Of a DNA stretch of 64,000 nucleotides, positions 11,149-21,540 are shown one piece after another (position 1 is the first letter of the stretch; each line of letters starts with the position of its first letter). The stretch spans positions 2,356,001 to 2,420,000 of the forward strand of contig CP089279.1 of NCBI GenBank assembly GCA_023920165.1. The letters are read 5' to 3'. The notes under the pieces were generated by a model, which saw only the letters and a program-made list of their open reading frames with translations, was not told the origin of the DNA and did not search any database. This DNA is from Curvularia clavata (taxonomy: Eukaryota). The translations under genes were made by a program, and so were the position numbers.

Positions 11149-13859
11149 ATGTTCTACAGTCACGAAAGTAGGCTTTGTTCCCAAACTCTAAATGGAAGAA
11201 GAATGCTAACCCTCACAGTTCTCACCTCGCGCAAATACGGCGTAGCAACCGTATGGTTAGTCCTGACGATTCCCGATAGCTCCTTCCCTTGACTGACAGA
11301 AATGGCAGGCTCGTTGCAACCCTCGGTGCCAAATCGTGCCTGAAGCGCATCAACCGCAAACAGATTTTCGACGTCGATGTATCAAAGGCGTGCCAGACCA
11401 TTGTCGACCCGGCGGCACCCCTGGCGCTGCGTCTGCAAGGAAACTTATTGCAAGTTCCTCACTTTCAAGATGTCATGTACGGCACTGTTGACAAACACAG
11501 GTATGGACTGTCGCGTGTCTACCAGCAGCAGTGCGGCTATGTTCTATCCGACGCACATAATGCACAGCTTGCGCTGAGGGCAGCTTTACGGACTACACAG
11601 GATGCTGCACTAGATGCCACTGCCGGCAAGGCTGGGTAAGGACTGATATTCGGCTCTCTTAAGACATTTCATTGACATGCAAGACTTAGGCCGGAGCAAC
11701 TCATTCTCCAAGATGACCCGTCCTTCCTCCCTGAATTCGCCTATCCTCCACCTGAGCTCCTCGCTGATCTCGACCCCAATTTCAACCCCGGTGCCACACA
11801 CTCTGGGGATTCCCAACCTCTGACGCCTTTCGGCTCTCAGCAGTCAGCATCTGGCTCGCATGTAGGCAGTGCAGGTGGCCTTATACTTCCTACTTCTTCT
11901 CCTGTCGCTCAGAGCGGATTTCGACTGGAAGGAGATTATGCAACAAGCATTGTTAACCAGAACAGTGACATGCTTGGAGTTGGTGACACAATCGAAATCG
12001 AAGATCCAGACTTTACGTTTGGGGACGATGGCGAGATCGTTCAGCTGTCACCACTTGCTCCATCGCGCGGGACTACACGTGCAACTGTATCTGGCAATGC
12101 TGGTCGGAGTACCAGGATAAAGAAGGAAGTTGAAGAAGAGCTACGTACACCTGATCAGGTAAGTTTGTTGCGTTTCTTCACGTTTATTGTCATCGCCTGC
12201 GCAGCTGCTGCTTCACTCGATTGCTTTTATGGACTTGTACTGCCCTCACCGTGCCTGATGATCGAATCAGTGTACGGACGCAGAGAAGTTCCTTCTCCGG
12301 TAACATCTTGTATATATGCTTCATTCTTCCTCATTGCCTCTCATCTTCTTTACTTCCAGCTGATATTCTTATTCTCTACATTTAAATGAATGCTAGACTT
12401 GTACATCATGAATACTGACATCTATCAGTTGCCAGACGACGATATGGATCCTGGATTTCCCGGCGAAGAAGACAACCTTCCTGAAAAACCCGCCTCCTCG
12501 TCAAGCAGTATATCACATACGGACCCGCACTCAGAAGCAGTAGAGTCCTCAGAGAGCTTTATCGCCCCCATGCGCCGGCGTCGAGTACCGCGCACCATCC
12601 CTGCAGATGCGGTGATGGAAATGCGTAACAAGGATCTGGCTGACTGGAATGCAAATTACCTGAACAACATGAAGACTGCTGCTCGACAGAAGGCACATAA
12701 TCGCGCCCTCACACAAGCAAAGAAGAATGCTGAGCACTATGTTTGGGGATCTGGCCTGGGAAATATCGGTGAACGTATGATCATTAGCCACGGCTACAAT
12801 CCATTCAGTATGTTTGTTGGTGACAACCTCTTTGAGGCAATCACTGGTATAAGTCGCAAAGTCACGGTTCTCAAACGTGATCGAGATAGCGGCATTGATG
12901 AAGCTACGCAAGAAGAGTCTCGCCGCGTACGTCAGAAGACTATCGAAACTGAGGCTGCTCGAGGGGCTGATGACGACGGATTTCCTATGCCTCTCGGTGA
13001 CGGCGATGACGATGCAGTCGAACTGCCCCGCGAAGCTGCCTCTGCTCTCGATGAACAACTCATGCTATCCTCAATGCCTTGGAACATGAGTGCATTTATT
13101 CGAGGGTCCTCAGCTATCCCTTTCAGTGGACGTATCGATATGATCAGTTCGGCATCTCGAGGCAGGCATGGCAGTCGTCCAATATCTACATCTCCCCTGC
13201 GAGGACGAGGCCAACCACTCCCGTTTGAGCTGCAGCAGCTGGCAAGTGATGCGGACCTTGCTGGTGATGAGTTTGTGCTGCCTGGATTCAGTTCCGATAG
13301 CCCTGATCCTGAAGCTCATCCAGAGACTACATCGCGGCTTCGCACGGCCCTTTCCGCTGAAGGCGAGAATTTCATCACGTACATGGCCGAGAAGATCAGC
13401 GAGAAGAGTGATCGAGCACAGACTGATGCAGAATTTGAGAGCAACATCAACACTATCACATTCGAAGAGCTCCTTCCACCTAGGGAAAACACCAGGATAG
13501 TTGCTTGCCATGGCCTAATGATGATTCTCACACTGGGAAGCAAGGGTATGCTTGATATACAGCAACCCGAGCATTTTGGTGACATTCATCTTAGCGTGTC
13601 CGCAAAAGCCAAGGCTCTGCAGACCATGGAGACAGGCGATGGCGGAGAGTCAGGTGACGGCAGTGAAGACAACGAAGGAATTGCAACGGAACCGGTGCTA
13701 CCAATCGATTCGCAACACGTGGCTGGCGAGGCTGAAGAGCGAGATGAGGAGATGGAGGACCTACTCGGCGTGGAGGAAGAAGGACATTTCGAGGAGCAGT
13801 TTGCGGCTGGACATGGTGATCAGGAAGGAAATAATATCGACTCACTGTATGCTGACTGA
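11149..13859 (+). CDS. REC8: Meiotic cohesin kleisin Rec8 (Rad21/Rec8 family)
   Basis: MFYSHE..LTSRKYGVATVWLVATLG...PLALRLQGNLLYGLSRVYQQQCGY N-terminal domain and C-terminal winged helix (FEELLPP..NTRIVACHGL). Five introns, including GC-AG 11450-11500 and a 270-nt intron 12159-12428. Confidence 0.88.
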
Positions 13860-15089
13860 ATGGGTTGACTATACGTCTCATTTGAGTGTATCACATACGG
13901 CTCACTTCTGCCTTGATGATTCACGGTATGGCGGTAATAATTGCTGCGGGAGTCGAGGATTAATGTATCAGCACGATGATTCTATTTCATTTAACATGAT
14001 GCGTGGTAGGGACTTCTATAGCAAGCGGGAAAAGCTGTGGTGGAGTTCATATGTCCGGTATTTAATAAAAAATCTTGTTCTTAATATATGCAACTTTTAC
14101 CAAGTCTACACTTGCCAGCTCAACGCATGACAACCGCGAACCAGCAGCTCACACTCGACCTTGAACAGGCTACTTTGCTAACTTATCACATGTGACATAG
14201 TCAAATCCAGCACCGGAAGACATATATCTGTATTCCACCACAAAGTCAAACACATAAACGAGGTGACCGATCTTACCCCCCAATACCGAATTGAGGAAGA
14301 AAATGAATAAGCATCCCGGTTCGCTTGCTCAAATGGCGAATGAGCGACTGCATGGTGCGTATATTTGGACGGTGTTTTAAGATCTGACAAGCATTCATAT
14401 GCAATCTAGAAGCCAACACCAACCCAATACGCTCAAGCGCATGTCAGCAATCCTACTAGTTTGGCGCTTAGAGTACTCGATGCCCCTTCTTCCCAATTCA
14501 ATCTAGAAAATGATGTACTTTTACAACTCGAAGAGAGAGCACTCGATATAACGTTGAGGTGCTACTTCAACCTCGGCATGTGGTGGATGCTCCGAAAATG
14601 GTCCGTATCTCCTCTGCGGACCAACAACGACAGGGTTAGGTGGCGTATACACAAGATCGGTAGAATCTGGCCAATCTAACCCTTGGGTACGACTTGTAGT
14701 GACGACATCTACTACCTACATAGGTACCATGCACATTTTCAGAAGACCAGCCAATACCTGCCTTCGCGTACTGCAGAGTACCGTAAGCAGCCTCACCAAT
14801 GGAATACGACGAGGCTCGTTTTAATGAAGATCCAGGCTTGTGCACCCCATATAACATGGCGGAATATCAACAACAATACGGCAACGGGAACCGCTAAACA
14901 TCGCAGAGTTACCTTTTCTGGTATAAAACTGGATGTTGGCTAGGTTGCATATACCTGGTGGCAGTGCGGGGTCTAAGGTTTAACAACGGCCGGGACTGAT
15001 TCCGCATATATAAAACAAGCTTCTTCGCACTGCGCGGACACAACTCCGGTAAAACCGACAATTCTACAGACAATTAAAAGACCGTCACC

Positions 15090-16107
15090 ATGGGAAAGTC
15101 GTTTAATCCAGCGACTGACATCGGAAGCCTCGAAGGCAAAGTAATCTTGGTTACTGGTGGTACGCATATCCTCTCGACGCGACCGCTCCCATAGAGCCAA
15201 CACGCGCAGCATCAAGACGCCTAACACAAGCAACCACATAGGCAATGCTGGGCTGGGCAAGCAAACAATCGCATACCTCGCCGCCCACGGCCCCGCACGC
15301 ATCTACCTCGCCGCGCGCACCGAATCCAAAGCCCGCGACGCCATCACCTCGATCAAGTCCTCTGTCCCCAACGCCTGCGACATCGAGTACCTCCCTCTGG
15401 ACCTGACCTCCTTCTCCTCGATCGCCGACGCGGCCTCCACTTTCAAAAGCCGCGAAACACGTCTCGACATCCTCATCAACAATGCAGGTATCATGGCGAC
15501 ACCGTACAGCACGACCAAAGAAGGCTACGAGATACAATTCGGCACAAACCATATGGGCCACGCGCTGCTCACAAAGCTGCTACTGCCCGTTATGCTCGAC
15601 ACGGCGAAGCTGCCGGGTGCAGATGTGCGCATTGTCAATTTGAGCAGTATGGGCCACCAATTCGTTAGCTCCCAGGGCATCAATTTCGATATGGCGGCGC
15701 TGGAAAAGGAAAATACCACGTACCGCTATGGCGCGTCCAAACTGGCGAATTTGATATATGCAAAGTCCCTGGCTGAACATTACCCGCAAATCACGTCTGT
15801 GTCGCTGCACCCCGGTGTCATTCTGACGGATTTGTTTAATAGCCTGCGCCAGAACTTTATTCTGAAGATCGGGCTGTGGTTTTATGGCGTTTTGGCATTG
15901 GTGCTGCCAGGGCATTATCAGGGGCCCGAGGGCGGTGCGCTGAATACCACGTGGTGTGCAACTGTGCCGAAGGAGCAGTTGGAAAATGGGGCGTATTATA
16001 TGCCGGTTGGGAAGAAGAGTGCGGGAAGTAAGCTTGCGCGTGATGAGGGGCTGAAGAAGAAGCTGTGGGAGTATACAGAGGAGGAGTTGAAGAAACATGG
16101 GTATTGA
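15090..16107 (+). CDS. Short-chain dehydrogenase/reductase (retinol-DH/WWOX-like)
   Basis: VILVTGGNAGLG (intron 15160-15241), LINNAGIM, FGTNHMGH and catalytic YGASK. TATATAAAA at 15007-15015. Confidence 0.93.
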
Positions 16108-16427
16108 GTTATATGGAAAGGAGTGTCGTAATGGAGGGGTTTTCCAAGTTGACATGAACGGCTGCGGAATAGAATGACATAGTTGCGGTCTTAATGTGTA
16201 TAATATTAAAGCCATTTTTTATCGTCTTCACAGAATCCACAAGAGACTGTTGTTGCGCTGCTTATCGACATGTCGTTCGGTCTATGTACTTGAAAACACA
16301 AATGTACAGTCATGGCCAGTCAGGCCTTTATATACAGGTAATCGTACCGCGCTGCAAAAAAAAAAGCTGCTCGCGCCAAACGCCCGCCCATGTGGTATCG
16401 TAAACTCTTCTATACCCTCTGCCCCGC

Positions 16428-17521
16428 TTAATCCACCCGCTTGAGCTGGCGGTAAACCTTCTTATGCTGCTCCAGAAACAAAAACGTGAGCACCGTATGC
16501 GGTCCGACACGAATGAAACTTGGTACCCAGCCCTTGAACATCCAACGAAATCCTTCCGCCCTCATCGTATCCGTTACCGTCTTTACAAGTCCGGCATTGT
16601 CACTCGAACTCATGACTTTCGTCTTGATGACGTCGACGGGTGAACAAATCGTGGTAGCGACAAATCCTGCGAGGAACGATGCAGTGAAATGCGTGGTGAG
16701 GTTGTCCTGTAGTGGAGTATACTTCAGCAAGGTGCGCTTGAATCCGTCGTACGTGGCGAGTTGGCCGACAGTCATGAGCACGGCTCTCGACGAGTTAGGC
16801 CAGACGCCCCTCCACAGACTTGCTACACCCTCTTCCCGCGACATGCGTATTATGCCGTCAACCGCATTCTTATAGCCTCGTCGCTTCTCTTTCGGTAGCG
16901 CAGCATCATGTTGCATGCGTACGTTCAAGATGTCTCCTGGGTTTCCAGCAAAACCACCAAGGAATCCTGATATCGAAGCCATGCCGACAAGCGTAAGAAA
17001 CGATGGTCTCTTGTCCGTGGTCGTCATGCGGGCTTTAAGCGATTCGTAGACACCGAAGCGCGTCATGCTGTATGTGCCTTGGCGAAGCTGTGCCGCAGAT
17101 ATCTGCAATGCGCGTCAGACGTAACGTTTGCGGCTGAGTGGAGGAAACAGACACCCTTGTAGAGACCCAATACGCCGTCAGTCTTGACAACATGGGAGAT
17201 CATTTGCATCATGTTTAACCGTACGCCATGTGCTGCTTGTGTCTGGAGCCGAACCTGATATCTGGTGAGTACATGCTAAACTGGTGCGCGCAATTCATGC
17301 CGTCACACCTTCACTGCCGAATAGTTAGCCAGGAATCCTACAACCTGCATAAGAATTGGAAAAGACTCACCCAGGTCCAGTGGGTGGGTGAAGAAAGTTG
17401 CAAAACAACTCGCACTGCCACCAAACCAGAAGGGATAATGTATAGGCGTTTTCTTGACCGGCTGCACATCGTCACTTTTGCGCAGCTCGGGTGCAGTCAC
17501 TTTTCTCGTGACTTGAGCCAT
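16428..17521 (-). CDS. DIC1: Mitochondrial dicarboxylate carrier
   Basis: YPFWFGGSAS and three carrier motifs (PLDLVKVRLQ, PGDILNVRMQ, PVDVIKTKVM). Introns 17370-17314, 17308-17255 and 17152-17103. Confidence 0.93.
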
Positions 17522-17789
17522 GTCGATTGAGAGATACTGCGCAGCAGCCGCATGTGAAGCTGGCAGGGGGCGAGTTGTCGTGTAGACAGGTCGTGGTGCC
17601 GCAGTCTTAAGAACAAAGATTTGCTCGTGAAAGTTCGGTGATTGTTAAGAGCCCGAGAATTCGGCACGGCGGACGTCATCGGCGAAGGGTGCTGCTTTCG
17701 GACTTAAGCCCGGGGCTTTTTTGGGCTTGGCCTCGCGTGCTGTTTTGCGGGCAGTACAACTACTCAAAGACTATCGCTATCCTGCAACA

Positions 17790-19407
17790 ATGCGAATACC
17801 TGTATACTCGGCGACTCTATGTCGCCAGATTTCCCTGCGTTCATCTTCAAGCATCTTGAGACATCAATCGGCGTCTCGGGTAACGCTACGCAATGCTCGA
17901 TTTAACTCTTCTGGTATGTAGCTAATCATGTGACGATTGTTTAGCATAGGGCAGCTACTTTGCACTCGGGGATGTGCCAAACAATTGACTATACAAATGC
18001 AAGGATATGTTCTAAGGTTATTCAGGAGCATTCCCCAAAGAGGTTAAGATAGAAGGAAGGACGTATCAGACTGATGAGTGGATGAATACGCCTTCGACAA
18101 TTCTCTCTGCAATTCCCAGACGTCTCCATCTTCAACAGGACCACCCTCTCACCATCACACGGAAGCTGATTGAATCTCGCTTCCCTGGCTACAAAACTCA
18201 CAATGAGCTCTTTCCTATCGTCACCACGAAGCAAAACTTCGACTCCCTAGGCTTTCCACTGGATCATGTTGGACGAAGTCGGACAGACACATATTACCTG
18301 AACAAAGAGACCGTATTACGGACTCACACCTCTGCCCATCAGGCCGATACTTTCCGTAAAAACGACAGTGAAGGCTACCTCATCAGTGCCGATGTCTACC
18401 GCCGAGATGCCATTGATCGAAGTCACTATCCCGTGTTCCACCAGATGGAAGGGGCGCGGACATGGGATCGCCAACAAGCTGAAAAAGAAGGCAAGACGCT
18501 GGCCCAAATCATCTGGGACGATGTAGAAAAGATACCCAAGCACGACATTGCGGTTGAAGATCCCAACCCTACTTTCCACGCTGAGCGAAACCCGCTACAA
18601 GCCGGCCACTCACCCGAAGAAGCCGAAGCCATAGCCGCGCATCTCAAGCGCAGTCTCGAAGATATGGTCGTAACTATTTTCAACGCGGCAAAAACCGCTT
18701 CAGACGTAGAAGGCGCCAACGAGCCGCTCAAGGTGCGCTGGGTAGAAGCATACTTCCCCTTTACCTCGCCGTCATGGGAACTCGAAGTCTTCTGGCAAGG
18801 CGATTGGCTGGAAGTGCTGGGCTGCGGTATCGTTTCGCAGCCCATTCTGAACAACGCCTCTGTGCCCAACCGCATAGGCTGGGCCTTTGGCCTCGGTCTC
18901 GAGCGCATTGCCATGTTGCTTTACTCGATCCCGGACATCCGCCTCTTCTGGTCCAAAGACTTGCGCTTCTTGTCGCAGTTCAGCGAGGAAAAACCCATTG
19001 CGCGTTTCGTCCCCTTTAGCAAGTACCCCGCGTGTTTCAAAGACGTGAGTTTCTGGCTCAGAAGTAGTTCGAGCGCTGCGGGGGGTGCGGCACCTGTCCA
19101 TCCGCCTACTACTGCATCAACGCAGTCGCCTACGTCCTCTGGTACCATCATCCCCCCTGCTGCCCCCGCCCCTTCTTCCTTCCATGAAAACGACGTCATG
19201 GAAATTGCACGCGAGGTCTGTGGCGACCTCGTTGAAGATGTCCGCCTGACGGATGAATTCGTGCATCCTAAGACGGGTAGAAGGAGTATGTGCTACAGGA
19301 TCAACTACCGCAGTCTGGAGCGCACGCTTACAAACGACGAAACGAATGAGATGCATGAGAGACTGAGGGACTTGCTTGTGGCGCGCCTGGGTGTGGAGCT
19401 AAGGTAA
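17790..19407 (+). CDS. MSF1: Mitochondrial phenylalanyl-tRNA synthetase
   Basis: Arg/Ser-rich presequence, intron 17914-18025, LRTHTSAHQ, YRRDAIDRSHYPVFHQME, YFPFTSPSWE, GWAFGLGLER and a C-terminal anticodon-binding domain. Confidence 0.96.
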
Positions 19408-19519
19408 GGGGGAAGAGGGGGAAGGAGGCGGGTGGTGGGCGGTATGCGGTAGGAAGGAGGTGAAGCACCACGGTCATTGGAAACGCACACGTGTAAACGG
19501 ACAAATCCGGATGAAGTCT

Positions 19520-21540
19520 ATGTGTGAGCGACGAGCTATTTCCAAAAGAAGAGGGTCCTAACAAAGACCCGGTTACGGGAATAGCATCCTTCTTTTTTTT
19601 TACCCAAATACGATGTAGTTGTGTTCCGGGTTCAAAGATCTATCTTTAGCTACAGTTGTCTTTTAGGGAACAGACACACACCTCCTCAAGATAAAAACAG
19701 AACCCTACAAAGCAACTCTACTTCTTTTTGTTTTTACCGTTGGAAAACCGCGGCAGCCATGCGGCCACGTCAGGAAGTCCCATGTAACAGGGGTGGTGTA
19801 AAAAACCAACGTGATCGTAGCGGTTACCGTACAGGTAAAAAAGAAAAGCAAGACTACATGCAATTCACCCGTCTCGCATGTGTGCATGGAAAAAAAAAAG
19901 ACAGACGGCTTGCGGACCGGCAAACAGCCAGTCAAGCCAACTAGGCTACTGTTCGTATGTATATGTGTATGTATGTATGTATAGTCTAGGATCCAATACC
20001 GGATTTTTTGCTCCCAGCCGCTTTTACGCGGTGCTGCACACCACATTCCCATTCGCATGCAGGTCGCGACCGCGATGGAGGGGTGCGTGCGATGCGATTC
20101 GAGCATATGCAGGAGCCTGTACATGTACATTTGTGTGGGTGTGAAAAAACGGTCGCCGTCTATTTTTCTTTTATTCGGCATCTCGGGGGGAAAGCATCCC
20201 AGCCACAGCATTTAGGTTTTTTTTTTCTCTTGGGGGTTTCGGCTCTTGGGTGCACACACACACCCCCCTGCTGTCTTACATTTCGTAAGCGATTGATAAT
20301 TGACGCGGGCCGGTTGGATGGACCTCGTTTCGCCGTGTTGAAGGCTTCGAGGTGTATTTTGTGAAACTCGGGGTCCAGGAATGTGTAGTAGAAAATTGTA
20401 TAATAGAGTTGTAGAATACGAAAAGTGTGCAACTGAGAGTTCAAGGAAAAGAGCGAATTGGTGGTCGTGAACATGTTTCCCCCACCATCGGGGCGGATTC
20501 TCGTGGTCAAGCATAGCCTATCCTTGGCTGTTGGAGATAGAATGCCTGGGGTTCCCATGTGCAGGGTGCTCCACTGCGCCCTGAATTTCTCTTCAGAGAA
20601 AAATAAGAAACCAAGTTCGTGCGCGATGCAAGCGATCGTGCTATGTGCCATTGACAGATCCTGCAATCGCCCTCCGTTACTAAAATGTACATTCAAAATG
20701 CAAAATCTTGCAAGCTGATTGGAATTTCAGTAGTGCTGTATGCAATGCGCGTTCCTACTGGTACGCCCTATTCATCCATAGAAGAGATCCAAGGACACGC
20801 ACAGATCTGTCGTGGCTGCATCTTCATCTATATTACCGCTGCATATAGGCTACTGCACCCCGCAAGCAAAAGGAAAGAAATGGGAAAAAAGGTGGCTGCC
20901 CTGCAGCGGACCACATGCGGTTTGAGCGAGAGGGGGAGGCGACCTGCAACCAGTAAGAAACGTAGTGCGGAGGGGAAGAAGCCGTGTCGGGACAAGTATG
21001 TAGCGTGGAACCGCCACATTATGATTTTGCGGAGCAATTTGCAATTGCAATTACAGCATTATCCTTGCAGTAGAGTTTTGCGCAATCGTGTCGCAGAATA
21101 CTCTGATCGATGATCTATGGTTTGGCTTAAGGTTGACGGGAAGAACATGTCAAAAGTGTAAATTGTTGAGAGACGGGTCTTCGAATTGCACTTTCTTTCC
21201 CTTAGTTAGAGGTGCGTATTCAGTCGCTGGTCACGTGAATACATTTAGTAAACAGAAAAAAAATGAACAGGTGGAAGGGGAAAAGCTCAACTTCCCAAAG
21301 AAGACGTGCCCACAGACCCGTATTCTTGGAGTTCTAGAAACCAGCTTCAAAAAAAAAAGTGGGCAAATCTATTCGCCTCATTCAGGTTTTCGTATGTTGA
21401 GACAGTTGGTTTTAAGATTGAGGACCGGAAGGCAACACTCTTTGCTAGTATGGACCCTTCCGGACCCGGAAAAGCATCACGGAGCGGTGCGGAGCAGGGT
21501 ATGCCTCTACCGCCACACATAGTTTGTCGCTGGAAAGGAT
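19520..21540 (+). ncRNA. Candidate long structured non-coding RNA (unknown family)
   Basis: No credible ORF. At least 10 helices of 7-15 bp, with wobbles that read as G.U on the + strand. Boundaries are approximate. Confidence 0.35.
19955..19981. repeat. Imperfect (TATG)n microsatellite
   Basis: gtatgtatatgtgtatgtatgtatgta. Confidence 0.7.

Noticed and set aside
14632..14683. Hairpin AGGGTTAG/CTAACCCT containing telomere-template-like sequence
   Set aside because: The gap between REC8 and the SDR is only ~1.2 kb and shows no other telomerase RNA features. Probably a chance inverted repeat.
21420..21440. GAGGACCGGAAGGCAACACTC resembling SRP RNA helix 8
   Set aside because: The conserved AGCA is missing and no Alu or helix 5/6 context is seen.
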